The translations under genes were made by a program, and so were the position numbers. DNA of 64,000 nucleotides from an uncultured Gammaproteobacteria bacterium. GTDB taxonomy: Bacteria > Patescibacteriota > Patescibacteriia > 2-01-FULL-39-33. Below, piece after piece: positions 37,387 through 47,170 of this stretch. The notes below the pieces were generated by a model. That model worked only from the letters and a program-made list of their open reading frames with translations, was not told where the DNA came from and ran no database searches. The stretch spans positions 147,260 to 211,259 of the forward strand of contig CAZLFP010000001.1 of assembly GCA_964558935.1 (NCBI GenBank). The letters are read 5' to 3'. Position 1 is the first letter of the stretch; each line of letters begins with the position of its first letter.

Positions 37387-37806
37387 TTAAGTGATATTAG
37401 GTTGCTTGTTGTAAAAAGGCAGAATTAAAGCGCCTTTTTTAGTTTTTTTCAACTTGTCCATCACCTTTTTAACCAATTCTTCACTACTCTCAAACTGGTT
37501 AGCTTTAATACCAACAACCTTTAATTTCAAAGCAAAACCCAAGGTGTTAGCTACGGTAATTCCAATTCGTAAACTGGAAAAACTGCCCGGTCCAGTGACT
37601 ACACCAATCCCCTGTATATCTACCGTTTGAACCCCATTTTGCCTTAACATAAGATCCAGGTAAGTTAAAAGCTGTTCAGCCTGCTTCCTTTCTACATCCC
37701 ATATTCTATCTTCCACAATCTCTTGATCTGCCAAAATTAACTGAACTCGCTGTTTTAAGGTTGTATTGATAATTAAATACATGTTATTTCTTGTTAAGCT
37801 GGTCAA
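37387..37806 (-). CDS. tsaB: TsaB (YeaZ)-like t6A biosynthesis protein, short form
   Basis: VVTGPGSFSSLRIG motif of the TsaB/Kae1 fold; only 139 aa. Confidence 0.65.
   Translation of the reverse strand: MTSLTRNNMYLIINTTLKQRVQLILADQEIVEDRIWDVERKQAEQLLTYLDLMLRQNGVQTVDIQGIGVVTGPGSFSSLRIGITVANTLGFALKLKVVGIKANQFESSEELVKKVMDKLKKTKKGALILPFYNKQPNIT
37412..37440. terminator. bidirectional hairpin terminator between tsaB and mraZ
   Basis: aaaaaggc-N11-gcctttttt with T-runs on both strands. Confidence 0.5.
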
Positions 37807-38383
37807 TAACCACCATATGCTTACCTTCCATTAAACGATACAGAAACTTGTCAGTCACATCTTTACGGTAATCATAATCTGATTTGGACATGACCGCATA
37901 ATTAATCTGTTGGTTGAGTCCTTTTTCAAAATCTTTAATGATTTTATCCAACAATTGTCTTTTAACCTGACCAACGATCAATAAATCAACCGGCGCATCC
38001 TCTCTGCCCACAAAAATACCGGAAATAACGCAATACTGAACTCGTCCCAATTTGTCTATCTTTTTAATGAAGTCCTGTTCAAGTATGATTTCAGCCTTTA
38101 CCAACAAGGACTTTAGCTCATCCACAAAGATGAAATTCCGGTTTAGTTTGTAGTATTTTTTATTGTCTTTTAACTTTTTTTCAACTTCTTTTTCCAAATC
38201 TTGCTTCGTAAAAGATTGAATAATCCCAATTTTCTCCAGATTATTCAATTCTCTTCTAATGGAGTTTAAATGAGCATTTAAATTACGCGTTAATTCGCGG
38301 ACAAAGAAAGACTGTTCCGGATTGTTTAAAAACAAGCGCAAAAGCAAGACCCGAGTCTTTGATCCAAATAATTGTTCAAGCAT
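37784..38383 (-). CDS. winged-helix DNA-binding protein, unknown specificity
   Basis: N-terminal RVLLLRLFLNNPEQSFFVRELTRNLNAHLNSIRRELNNLEKIGII resembles an ArsR/MarR-type wHTH. Confidence 0.45.
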   Translation of the reverse strand: MLEQLFGSKTRVLLLRLFLNNPEQSFFVRELTRNLNAHLNSIRRELNNLEKIGIIQSFTKQDLEKEVEKKLKDNKKYYKLNRNFIFVDELKSLLVKAEIILEQDFIKKIDKLGRVQYCVISGIFVGREDAPVDLLIVGQVKRQLLDKIIKDFEKGLNQQINYAVMSKSDYDYRKDVTDKFLYRLMEGKHMVVIDQLNKK

Positions 38384-38513
38384 AGAATATGATCTAATTT
38401 AAGATATACTTAACTTAATGGGTATTTAGGGATTTGTCAAAACCATTTACTTCTAACCTTGATTTATTGTATAATATTAGCAATTAGGTGTAAAGCCATA
38501 CCAACTCTGCTTT

Positions 38514-40829
38514 ATGGATAAATTTATCAGTAAATTAGCCAAATTAACAGCTGAACTCGGTCCAGACGACATTTGGGGTGATGCTTTTATTGCCCGACCC
38601 AGTACAGAACTCATCACCAAACTGGGTACGGTTTTTGGCTGGTTGCAATTAGACAGTCTGCCGGAACAATTCAATGAACAGTTTTTGGAAATCATTGAAG
38701 ATCTAAAAACCGAATACTACCTGCCACCGCTAGAAACCGAATATGGGGTAGAAAAAAGATTTGAAGAATGCCTGCAAAGAGCCAACAGAAGAATTCATAA
38801 AATCATTAATCAATCTATCGATGAAGTTGAATTGGACCAAATCAGTTCGGTTATTGCTTTAATCCACAAAGATAAGCTGTATTTAAGCCAGATCGGGACG
38901 ACCAATGCTTTTTTATTTCATCAGAAGAAAAAACATGATCACCTCATTCTGGACATTATTAAACAGACTGGCGACAAGAAAAAGGTTAAAACCAATCCAG
39001 AAAAAATGTTTTCCAATATTATTTCAGGAGAATTAACCGTTAAAGACAGTTTAATTATTTGCAACAGCCCTATTTTAGAATTCCTGTCCCCCAATGAATT
39101 GAAAGATATTGTGACGGAAAATACCAGTTTAACGGCAGTGAAAGAACTGGAAAAAATCTTAACCTCTCAAACCGGTCAAGGCAATTTCTATGCGATTATC
39201 ATCCAACCGGAAGAAGAGCTGGAACCGGAAACCAGTCCAACAGCTCCGGTCAGAACCAATCTGAGACCAGAAGCTTCTTTAAATAACCTGCTAAACACTC
39301 AAGAAAAAACAGAGCAATATTTAACGCCATCTCTCATGCCGAGCTGGCAAAAAGCAATTATCATTATCTTAAGAGGCCTTAAAAAATTACTACAATTGGT
39401 AATTAAATACTTAAAAATCAGTGGCATATACCTGCTGAAGCAACTTAAAAGATTAATCTCTCAGATCAGACAAGAGTCTCCCTCAGCAATCGCTTCGGAA
39501 GAGCAAACGCCTCAGACTAATATTCAAGCAGAAATTGCACATGACAGTCAGCAATTCAAGCAATTTACTGACAATATTTCACAAAAGTCATTAGATATTG
39601 CAAAAAAAGTTGCAGACAAAGCGAAAAACCTGGATGAATACAAGAAATTATTGCCTTTGGATAAAAATAAGACAATTGGCCAAAACCTGAGCGATTGGCT
39701 AAATACACAATTAGCCAGATTCTTTAACTTAAAAAGATACCAGCAAATCTTGGTAATAATGGCCATGATCGTAATTTTCTTTTTCTGCCAGAGCATTGTC
39801 TGGCAGGGCAGAAATCAAACCACGGTTGAAACAACTGATTTAAACGACATTATTTCTCAAATAGATGAGAAAATCAACACGGCAGAGGCTCAAAACATCT
39901 TCAATGATGAAGCAGGAGCCAGGGCTTCCATTTCTGAAGCTGTAGCGTTACTAAACCAAGTGCCGGATAAAAGAAAATACCAAGAAACCAGACTGGAATT
40001 TCAATCCAGAATTGATACGGTTAACCAATTGTTACAAAAAATGACCTTCTTAGACCAGCCTGAAGTCATAGCGGATTTAACCAAGCAAAACAGTCAGGCA
40101 GACACTGCCGGTTTGGCTTTTGCCAACAACCAACTCTTTTCCTTCGATAACAACAATCATACTTTGTATCAAATAGACTTAGATAATCAACAGTCTAAAA
40201 AATTTGAACTGGCTTCAAGCATAAGCGATATCACGAAAGCCAAAGCCATAGATGACAACCAAATCCTACTTTTAAACGGCAACAAAGAATTCTACCTGTT
40301 CAAACCAACAGACAATAAAGCTGAGGTGGTTCTAACATTAGATCAGGCCATTGCTGACTTTGGCTTGTATGGAGATAAAATATATACTTTAAGAACCAAT
40401 CAGAATCAGGTGTACAAGCATCTGAAAAGCAGTACCGGCTACAATCAAGGCAGTGCTTGGATTGGAGACGGAACAGATGTTAAACAAGCGACTGCCATTA
40501 CGGTGGATGGCGGTATCTATTTAGCTTATGCAGACGGCCAATTAAAATATCTGATGGGTGGCGGTTTAGACACTGAAACAACCTTTACCGATATCTCTCC
40601 GGACATTTCAAATCCGGTTGATATTCACAGCCATATCGAATCCAATTACATCTATGTTCTGGATCCTGACAACCAACGAGTGGTGGTTTTCGACAAAAAT
40701 GGTAAATTAAAAATTCAATACACTTCCAATCAATTCTCTAACATTAAAGCCATGGCAGTAGCTGAGAACAACAAGCAGATCTATATTCTGGCAGATAACA
40801 AGATCTATGGCATAGAGATTAATTTTTAA
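38514..40829 (+). CDS. large membrane protein: N-terminal degenerate PP2C-like phosphatase domain, central TM helix, C-terminal repeat (beta-propeller-like) domain
   Basis: PP2C-like segments (IALIHKDKLYLSQIGTTNAFLF ... LIICNSPILEFL ... GNFYAIIIQ), TM ILVIMAMIVIFFFCQSIVW, and repeated hydrophobic/aromatic blades at the C-terminus. Confidence 0.4.
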   Translation: MDKFISKLAKLTAELGPDDIWGDAFIARPSTELITKLGTVFGWLQLDSLPEQFNEQFLEIIEDLKTEYYLPPLETEYGVEKRFEECLQRANRRIHKIINQSIDEVELDQISSVIALIHKDKLYLSQIGTTNAFLFHQKKKHDHLILDIIKQTGDKKKVKTNPEKMFSNIISGELTVKDSLIICNSPILEFLSPNELKDIVTENTSLTAVKELEKILTSQTGQGNFYAIIIQPEEELEPETSPTAPVRTNLRPEASLNNLLNTQEKTEQYLTPSLMPSWQKAIIIILRGLKKLLQLVIKYLKISGIYLLKQLKRLISQIRQESPSAIASEEQTPQTNIQAEIAHDSQQFKQFTDNISQKSLDIAKKVADKAKNLDEYKKLLPLDKNKTIGQNLSDWLNTQLARFFNLKRYQQILVIMAMIVIFFFCQSIVWQGRNQTTVETTDLNDIISQIDEKINTAEAQNIFNDEAGARASISEAVALLNQVPDKRKYQETRLEFQSRIDTVNQLLQKMTFLDQPEVIADLTKQNSQADTAGLAFANNQLFSFDNNNHTLYQIDLDNQQSKKFELASSISDITKAKAIDDNQILLLNGNKEFYLFKPTDNKAEVVLTLDQAIADFGLYGDKIYTLRTNQNQVYKHLKSSTGYNQGSAWIGDGTDVKQATAITVDGGIYLAYADGQLKYLMGGGLDTETTFTDISPDISNPVDIHSHIESNYIYVLDPDNQRVVVFDKNGKLKIQYTSNQFSNIKAMAVAENNKQIYILADNKIYGIEINF

Positions 40830-40842
40830 AAACAAGAAACAA

Positions 40843-40872
40843 AAAGACCCTCATTACGAGGGTCTTTTTTTA
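40843..40872. terminator. bidirectional intrinsic terminator
   Basis: aaaaagaccctc-attacg-agggtcttttttt. Confidence 0.75.
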
Positions 40873-40883
40873 AACCAGTGATC

Positions 40884-41330
40884 TTACTTTAAAGTAACAG
40901 TCGCACCGGCTTCTTCCAATTGCTTCTTAATGGCTTCAGCTTCTTCTTTCTTAACACCTTCTCTAACTATCTTAGGAGCACCGTCAACTAAATCTTTAGC
41001 CTCTTTAAGACCTAATTCAGTCACAGCTCTAACTGCTTTAATGGCGCCAATCTTGTTGTCACCGGCAGCAGTTAATTCGATGTCGAAAGCGTCTTTTTCT
41101 TCAGCCGGAGCAGCCTCTGCACCACCTGCGACAGCCATAGCCGCTACAGGAGCAGCAGCAGAAACACCAAACTTTTCTTCCAACACCTTAACCAGCTCAG
41201 CTAAGTCAATAACACTTAACTGTTCAATCTGTTCCACCAAAGCTTTAAACTTTTCAGGTACTTCTACCTTAGTTGCTTCTTTAGCTTCATCAGCTTGAGG
41301 AGCTGGATTTTGTACATTTTCTTCTGACAT
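40884..41330 (-). CDS. rplL: 50S ribosomal protein L7/L12 with an N-terminal extension
   Basis: C-terminal domain [52 protein letters not shown] and an Ala-rich hinge. Confidence 0.9.
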   Translation of the reverse strand: MSEENVQNPAPQADEAKEATKVEVPEKFKALVEQIEQLSVIDLAELVKVLEEKFGVSAAAPVAAMAVAGGAEAAPAEEKDAFDIELTAAGDNKIGAIKAVRAVTELGLKEAKDLVDGAPKIVREGVKKEEAEAIKKQLEEAGATVTLK

Positions 41331-41360
41331 ATGTTTTTTGTTAGTTATTAATTATATAAA

Positions 41361-41876
41361 TTATTGTTTGCTTTCTTTAATGGCATTTAAAGCATAGACC
41401 AGATTTCTTAAGTTGCCTTGCAAAACATTGACCATTCCAGACAACGGAGCCGCAATAGAACCAACAGCTTTAGCTATTAATTCATCTCTACCCGGTAATT
41501 TAGCTAAAGCTACAACCTGATCTTTTTCAATTAGCTTGCCTTCTAAAATACCACCTAAAATCTGCATATTCTCATGGCCTTTGGCAAATTCTGCAATTAA
41601 TTTAGCCGGAGTCACTTCATCTCCCAGACCAATAACAGTGGCAACCTCACCTTCAAAATTCTTGGCTTCCAAGCCTTTTTCAGCTAAAGCTTTCTTTAAC
41701 AAGGTTTTTTTGGTTACTTCATACTTAACATCTTCCTTCTTACAATCCTGTCTTAATCCGTCAATTTCCTTAACCGGAATACCGGAGAAATTAACAAAGA
41801 CAGCAGACTTCATATTGTCCAGCTTGTCAATTAAATTCTGTAAAACACTGTGTTTTTGAGCTTTGGTTTTAGGCAT
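41361..41876 (-). CDS. rplJ: 50S ribosomal protein L10
   Basis: Typical L10 N-terminus (MPKTKAQKHSVLQNL...AVFVNFSGIPVKEI); located upstream of rplL. Confidence 0.9.
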   Translation of the reverse strand: MPKTKAQKHSVLQNLIDKLDNMKSAVFVNFSGIPVKEIDGLRQDCKKEDVKYEVTKKTLLKKALAEKGLEAKNFEGEVATVIGLGDEVTPAKLIAEFAKGHENMQILGGILEGKLIEKDQVVALAKLPGRDELIAKAVGSIAAPLSGMVNVLQGNLRNLVYALNAIKESKQ

Positions 41877-41893
41877 ATATTTGTGTGATTTAA

Positions 41894-41918
41894 TAAAAAA
41901 ACTGCGGTTGATCCGCAG
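41894..41918 (-). terminator. leader attenuator hairpin with U7 immediately upstream of the rplJ start
   Basis: Minus-strand CTGCGG-AUCAA-CCGCAG followed by UUUUUUU; lies between the promoter and the rplJ ATG. Confidence 0.55.
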
Positions 41919-42022
41919 ATTACATGACTAAAGATAGTCAGAGAATATTCCTAGGCAGGGTTTTGTTTAAATTAAGCCAATTATGGCCCCCACGGTCTGC
42001 GGATGTCTTAAGTTATATTGGT

Positions 42023-42052
42023 ATTGTATACTATTTGAGAAGATTTGTCAAT
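42023..42052 (-). promoter_or_regulatory. sigma70 promoter for the rplJ-rplL operon (TTGACA-18-TACAAT)
   Basis: Minus-strand TTGACAaatcttctcaaatagtaTACAAT. Confidence 0.55.
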
Positions 42053-42064
42053 ATTTAATGGTAT

Positions 42065-42613
42065 CTAAACCTCCCCCTCCTTAAAAGTAATGGTTTCGTA
42101 TTTAAAAAACTCTGTCTCATTATTTTCCAAACAACTCTCATCCAAACCGGCTTTTTGACACAAAGAGGATAAAAACTCTCCTTTTTTTGGTAAATCTTTC
42201 CAAACTTCCGGTAAATAAGTGGCAGAATCCGTGCCTTGTTTTATAACAACCCCGTCTCCCGGCTTAATCTCCTTCAAATCCACTTTCTCCAATTCAGACA
42301 GAATGGAAACTTGAATCTTAATCTCTTTTAATTCTTCCTGTGTCAAAGGCGTAAATCTGGGATCCCTAGCTGCCAACAGCACATTATCTCGTATGGCTAA
42401 CATAACTGACTCTTCAGCTTGCAAAGAGCCAATACAGCCTCTTAACTGTTTGCCATGATACAAAGTTACAAACACTCCCCTTTTCTCCCATAACTTCTGG
42501 TTGACAGTTTGAGGTTCATATCTTTCCCGTTGAATTAACTGCATTTCCAAAGCAGTCCTGGCTACTTTGAGCAGGTATTCTTTTTCTCCTCGGGTGTAAT
42601 ATTTTTTATCCAT
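42065..42613 (-). CDS. AMMECR1-domain protein
   Basis: Motif LRGCIGS and AMMECR1 fold signature. Confidence 0.8.
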   Translation of the reverse strand: MDKKYYTRGEKEYLLKVARTALEMQLIQRERYEPQTVNQKLWEKRGVFVTLYHGKQLRGCIGSLQAEESVMLAIRDNVLLAARDPRFTPLTQEELKEIKIQVSILSELEKVDLKEIKPGDGVVIKQGTDSATYLPEVWKDLPKKGEFLSSLCQKAGLDESCLENNETEFFKYETITFKEGEV

Positions 42614-43621
42614 TTAATCTAAATATTTGGCAATATTGGCTTGATGTTCTTCATAAGTTCGACCGTAGATCAGATCACCCTCATCGTTGCTGATAAAATA
42701 ATAATAATTGTTTTGAGTTGGATAAACCGCAGCTAAAATAGCCACTTCACCCGGATTGGAAATGGGTCCGGGTGTTAAACCAGCATATTTGTAGGTATTA
42801 TACGGCGAATCCACTTCTAGATCAGCATAGGAGGGTCTCAGCTCACTCTTGCCGGTCACATAATTTACCGTCGCATCTGACTGCAGAGGAATGCCTTCAG
42901 CAATTCTCTTCTTGAAAATATCCGCAATCATGCGCTTGTCATCGTCTTTTAACGCTTCTCTTTCCACAATCGAAGCTAAAACAATGGTGTCGTAGATGGT
43001 ACTACCCTGGTTCGCAATCTCCTGTTTAACCTCCGGAGTCAATTTTCTATCTAAGTTATCCAACATTTTACGAATAATCTCTTCCACGGTGGCATCTGTA
43101 TATATCCGGTAGGTGTCCGGAAACAAAAACCCTTCTATCGTATCCGCTGGAATATTTGCTAAAAAAGCATACTCCGCTGTCCACAGATCAGTTGCAATAG
43201 CCTTTAAAAACTCTTCCTGAGTGACCAGTCTTTGAGATTCCAAATATTCACCTATCTGCTTGGCTGTCCAGCCTTCAATTACCGTAATCTGCTTCTCATT
43301 GTCGATCGCTTTACCAGTTATTAAAGTATCCGCAATTTCTTTTAAGCTCATGTCAGGACTTAATTTATACTCTCCGGCTAGCAACTTGGATTGAGCCCCC
43401 TGGTACCAGACATACCACTTAAATAAATTAGCAGAAGTGATTAACTGCTGTTGGTGCAAATTTTTAGCTATGGTTTTGACAGACGAACCTGTCTCCACTT
43501 CAAAATAGATTAAAGTAGGCTGGTCGCTAACTGAAGAATTTACACCGCTAAAAAAATAAACGGCTAGCACGACACTCACCACCGCCAAAACCGTGATTAT
43601 TAACCTAATTTTTCTCAACAT
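42614..43621 (-). CDS. mltG: endolytic murein transglycosylase MltG (YceG family)
   Basis: N-terminal TM anchor and YceG motifs (EGFLFPDTYRI, VASIVEREA). Confidence 0.85.
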   Translation of the reverse strand: MLRKIRLIITVLAVVSVVLAVYFFSGVNSSVSDQPTLIYFEVETGSSVKTIAKNLHQQQLITSANLFKWYVWYQGAQSKLLAGEYKLSPDMSLKEIADTLITGKAIDNEKQITVIEGWTAKQIGEYLESQRLVTQEEFLKAIATDLWTAEYAFLANIPADTIEGFLFPDTYRIYTDATVEEIIRKMLDNLDRKLTPEVKQEIANQGSTIYDTIVLASIVEREALKDDDKRMIADIFKKRIAEGIPLQSDATVNYVTGKSELRPSYADLEVDSPYNTYKYAGLTPGPISNPGEVAILAAVYPTQNNYYYFISNDEGDLIYGRTYEEHQANIAKYLD

Positions 43622-43704
43622 GTGATTGGAATTACTAACTTAATTATACCCCAAGCCAAGCTAAAAGGCAAAAGCGACATAATATGGTATAATATATTCA
43701 AAAT

Positions 43705-44475
43705 ATGCTTGAACCGATTAGAAAATATATTTTACTATCGGCGGTTTTTTTGGTAGTGCTGAAAGTTTTTTTAAACTTAGCAATTTTGGCATACCCGAAA
43801 ATAGACCGTTACCAGGCCTTAGATGTCAATTCTCAAGAATTAATCTCTTTAACCAATAATTACCGACAATCTCTGGGTTTAAACAGTTTAAAAGTCAATC
43901 CCAGATTAACTCAGGCGGCAGTCAATAAAGCTCAAGATATTTTAGAAGGCCAATATTTTAACCATACTTCACCGGCCGGTAAAAAGTTCTCAGATTGGAT
44001 CAAAGAAGTCAATTACGATTATTTCTATGTCGGTGAAAATCTAGCGATTGATTTTAGTGACAACCAAGAACTGTTTCAAGCCTGGTTAGACAGTCCCACT
44101 CATCGAGAGAATATCATTAGACCCCAATACCAAGAAATCGGTTTGGCCGCCCTCAGCGGTAAATATAAAAACCACTCAACTATTGTAGTGGTTCAATTAT
44201 TTGGCACACGAGTTCTGTCTCAGCCGACAGAAGAGGTCGCTACCAGCCTGCCTTTCAATGATTGGGCCAGTCATTATTTCTACGAACAGACCGGCTGGCA
44301 AAAATACCTTAAACTGGATACCTTGAATGTTATTAACAATCTAACAGATTACCTACTGATTATCTTCTCAGGTATTTACATTGTCAGTTACAATCCACGC
44401 AAAAAGAAAAACCAAATTAATATTAAACAACCTATTGTTAATCGATACCAAACAAAAATATTCAGGGAATGGTGA
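43705..44475 (+). CDS. CAP/SCP/PR1-like domain secreted protein
   Basis: Signal/TM segment followed by a CAP-domain motif pair (YFNHTSPAG ... GENLA ... WLDSPTHRENI). Confidence 0.7.
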   Translation: MLEPIRKYILLSAVFLVVLKVFLNLAILAYPKIDRYQALDVNSQELISLTNNYRQSLGLNSLKVNPRLTQAAVNKAQDILEGQYFNHTSPAGKKFSDWIKEVNYDYFYVGENLAIDFSDNQELFQAWLDSPTHRENIIRPQYQEIGLAALSGKYKNHSTIVVVQLFGTRVLSQPTEEVATSLPFNDWASHYFYEQTGWQKYLKLDTLNVINNLTDYLLIIFSGIYIVSYNPRKKKNQINIKQPIVNRYQTKIFREW

Positions 44476-45215
44476 GTCAAGTAGTTTAGCAAAAACTTAA
44501 TGGACAAGTAGCCGCTGACCAGAGCTGAGACAAAACCCAGTGCCAACAGCCACAAGTCTGCTTGACTGGTCCAATTAATTTCAAGGACTTGCTTAACTCC
44601 GGCTGCCAAAACAATTGGAATGGATAACAAAAAAGAAAAGCGAGCCGCTTGTTGACGTTTTAATTTTTGACCCATACCTGCTATAATGGTCATACCGGAG
44701 CGAGAAGTGCCCGGAATGAGAGCAACAGCTTGAGCTAAGCCGATAATCAGACTGTCATACAAATTCAATTGACTGATTTCACGCCTGGATTCAGCATATT
44801 TTTCAGTCAGCCACATAGCTATGGCAATGATGATCAGCATCACACCGACCAACCAAGTTTGATGAAAGTAAGTGGTGATAAGATCTTCAAAAAAATAACC
44901 GAGAATAGCCGCTGGAACAGTACCTATAATAATTAACCAGGCTAATCTTTGTTCATGATCCTGTTTTAAATTCCATTTAACCAAGCTAGTAAAAAAAGCT
45001 TGAGCCAATTTGACAATATCCGAATAAAAAAACAGCACCAGAGCGCCTAATGTTCCGAGGTGCAACACCACGTCAAACAGCAGATTATTCTGGAGTTGAA
45101 AATTAAAAATCTCGTGGAAAATGACTAAATGACCTGAACTCGAAATCGGCAGAAACTCAGTTAAACCCTGAACCAAACCGGCCAGGATGGCTAAAAAATA
45201 ATTCATAGTTAGCAA
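44388..45215 (-). CDS. uppP: undecaprenyl-diphosphatase (UppP/BacA)
   Basis: LTEFLPISSSGHL and GTSRSG motifs; 8 TM segments. Confidence 0.9.
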   Translation of the reverse strand: MLTMNYFLAILAGLVQGLTEFLPISSSGHLVIFHEIFNFQLQNNLLFDVVLHLGTLGALVLFFYSDIVKLAQAFFTSLVKWNLKQDHEQRLAWLIIIGTVPAAILGYFFEDLITTYFHQTWLVGVMLIIIAIAMWLTEKYAESRREISQLNLYDSLIIGLAQAVALIPGTSRSGMTIIAGMGQKLKRQQAARFSFLLSIPIVLAAGVKQVLEINWTSQADLWLLALGFVSALVSGYLSIKFLLNYLTHHSLNIFVWYRLTIGCLILIWFFFLRGL

Positions 45216-45219
45216 CTCT

Positions 45220-45669
45220 ATGTTGGAATTAATAATTATCCCTATCTTAGTTGGCTTGATTACTCAAGCCGTTAAGCTTATAATTGATGGTATACCAAAT
45301 AATTTAGATTGGCAACATGTGGTTGGAGATTATGGCGGTATGCCCTCATCACACACCGCTTTTGTTGCCTCCTTGGTTACAGTCATTGGCTTGTCCCAAG
45401 GATTAAACAGTCCGAGTTTTGCCATTGCTCTGGTCTTACTGGCGGTCGTAGCCAGAGACGCCTTGGGCTTTCGGACTGAAATCGGCAAAAATGCGGCTTT
45501 TACCAATCTCATTGCCAAGCAAGTTTTCAAGCATAAAAAAGTAAGTCTGTTGAACGAAAAAATGGGCCACCATCTGTCTGAAGTAATAGTTGGCTTCTTG
45601 ACTGGTGTCATCCTATCTGGTATACTCTATCCAGCCTATCTTTGGCTGACCTCGGCTTACATCACCTAG
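45220..45669 (+). CDS. divergent PAP2 (DUF212) membrane phosphatase-like protein
   Basis: GGMPSSHTAF motif characteristic of the DUF212 / acid phosphatase-like family; sits next to uppP. Confidence 0.7.
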   Translation: MLELIIIPILVGLITQAVKLIIDGIPNNLDWQHVVGDYGGMPSSHTAFVASLVTVIGLSQGLNSPSFAIALVLLAVVARDALGFRTEIGKNAAFTNLIAKQVFKHKKVSLLNEKMGHHLSEVIVGFLTGVILSGILYPAYLWLTSAYIT

Positions 45670-45691
45670 GCTCACAACACAGGAGGAAAAA

Positions 45692-45847
45692 ATGGACAAG
45701 TTGAACCCGAACCAGATCCGAAATCTGCATGCCGAACAAACCATGTCCAAAGGATCTTGTCCCGTCAAGATCCGCATTACTACTTCCCAAGGCACGTTTG
45801 TGGGAATAGTACATGTCAAAGCAGTCACAACCGTTAGCTCTAAGTAG
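45692..45847 (+). CDS. small GC-rich ORF (51 aa), unknown
   Basis: SD AGGAGGA lies 5 nt upstream of ATG (MDKLNPNQIRNLHAEQTMSKGSCPVKIRITTSQGTFVGIVHVKAVTTVSSK); followed by an 11-bp perfect-stem hairpin. Confidence 0.3.
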   Translation: MDKLNPNQIRNLHAEQTMSKGSCPVKIRITTSQGTFVGIVHVKAVTTVSSK

Positions 45848-45856
45848 CTAACGGTT
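45829..45856. terminator. perfect 11-bp inverted repeat hairpin (aaccgttagct-N6-agctaacggtt) between convergent genes
   Basis: Read directly; followed by T-rich ATTATTCTT on the + strand. Confidence 0.55.
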
Positions 45857-45857
45857 A

Positions 45858-46721
45858 TTATTCTTGACAAACAGGACAAAAGTGAGTGCCTCGTTGGTTT
45901 AATGTTATTCTCTGGATAATTCCCCGGCATCTTTTACATTTTTGTCCTTTCCGTCCGTAGACCTTTAAATGCGGTACCATGCCGCCGGGTTGCCCTGAAA
46001 GTTGAACATAATTAGCTGAAGAAGTTCCTTTTTTCTCTATGCCCAGCTTTAAGATTGCAATAACGCAATCATATAGTTTCTGAATCTCAGTGGCTTTTAA
46101 AGATTTAACACTTCTATTGGGCAGTACACCGGCACAAAAACAAGTTTCATCCGCATAAATATTACCCACTCCGGCTACCATCTTTTGGTCCATTAAAACC
46201 ATCTTTATATTCCGTTTGGGATACCTGTTTAAGATAGATTTGAAATGTTCCAAACTAAACCGACTCTCCAAAGGTTCCATACCAAAGCCAGCCACCAATT
46301 GTCGGTATTGATCGTCATTGATCAACTTAGCCCAGCCGAATTTTCTGACATCATTGAAAAACAACTTGCTACCATCGGTAAAAAATAATATCAGATGAGT
46401 AAATTTGTTGGGTAAATCTTTTAAACCTTCTGCTTGAGGATGACCGCCAAATACCAACTTACCTTGCTTGGGAACATAAATTAACTGGCCGGTCATCTTA
46501 AGATGTATGGCTAAAGTTAAAGGTCCGACCAAATCTACTAACAACACCTTAGCTCGTCTGGTAATACCTGCAATTGTTTGGCCTTTGATCCGCTTTTGAA
46601 ACTCTTTCACACTCAAGGGTTTGACCATTTTAGCCCAATCCACCTCTGACCTAAGAACAGTTTTTCCTCGGATAACTTGCAACTGTCGTTTTAAAGTTTC
46701 CACTTCCGGTAACTCTGGCAT
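45858..46721 (-). CDS. mutM: formamidopyrimidine-DNA glycosylase (Fpg/MutM)
   Basis: N-terminal MPELPEVE, a helix-two-turn-helix and a C-terminal C4 zinc finger (CKRCRG...HFCPVCQ). Confidence 0.9.
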   Translation of the reverse strand: MPELPEVETLKRQLQVIRGKTVLRSEVDWAKMVKPLSVKEFQKRIKGQTIAGITRRAKVLLVDLVGPLTLAIHLKMTGQLIYVPKQGKLVFGGHPQAEGLKDLPNKFTHLILFFTDGSKLFFNDVRKFGWAKLINDDQYRQLVAGFGMEPLESRFSLEHFKSILNRYPKRNIKMVLMDQKMVAGVGNIYADETCFCAGVLPNRSVKSLKATEIQKLYDCVIAILKLGIEKKGTSSANYVQLSGQPGGMVPHLKVYGRKGQKCKRCRGIIQRITLNQRGTHFCPVCQE

Positions 46722-46784
46722 ATTGAAATATTTATGAATCTATGCTATTTTGATAAAAGTCATTTTACTTCAGGAGGGTTAGCG

Positions 46785-46967
46785 ATGACTAAAAAACAAA
46801 TAATTTTTCTGGCTAACGAATTGGGCTTGTCATATGTCTTGGCAGTCAAGCTGGCAGATAAATTAGAGCAAGACAATATTTTGTCTGACCTGAAAGACAA
46901 AGACGCACGAGGTGGCATTCAATCTGTTCTCAACAGCTTATGCTCAAAACAAACCACAGGAGGGTGA
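46785..46967 (+). CDS. small protein (60 aa), unknown
   Basis: SD AGGAGGG lies 7 nt before the ATG (MTKKQIIFLANELGLSYVLAVKLADKLEQDN...); its stop overlaps the SD of the next gene. Confidence 0.3.
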   Translation: MTKKQIIFLANELGLSYVLAVKLADKLEQDNILSDLKDKDARGGIQSVLNSLCSKQTTGG

Positions 46968-46969
46968 TC

Positions 46970-47164
46970 GTGCTACCTAAAAAACTGGAGAAGAAGTGTC
47001 CGTGCTGTAACGGTTCGGGTCGCATCTTAGACCAACGCACACCCAACACGCCCAGTAGCCCGCTCATGATGACCTGGCTGGATATTGAGAGGATCAGACA
47101 TGCCTGTACCAAGGAGTATAGAACCTGCCCACTCTGCAATGGCCAAGGCAAAATCTCGATTTAA
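46970..47164 (+). CDS. mini-protein with two DnaJ-type CxxCxGxG zinc-finger motifs (64 aa; GTG start after SD, or ATG at 46940)
   Basis: CPCCNGSGR and CPLCNGQGK repeats; SD AGGAGGG lies 5 nt upstream of the GTG; hairpin terminator downstream. Confidence 0.4.
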   Translation: MLPKKLEKKCPCCNGSGRILDQRTPNTPSSPLMMTWLDIERIRHACTKEYRTCPLCNGQGKISI

Positions 47165-47170
47165 TCCCTT

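Noticed and set aside
45613-45930. Track ORF (105 aa, minus strand) spanning the mutM stop region
   Set aside because: It overlaps the SD-bearing + strand mini-ORF and the hairpin terminator. The composition is implausible and there is no RBS.
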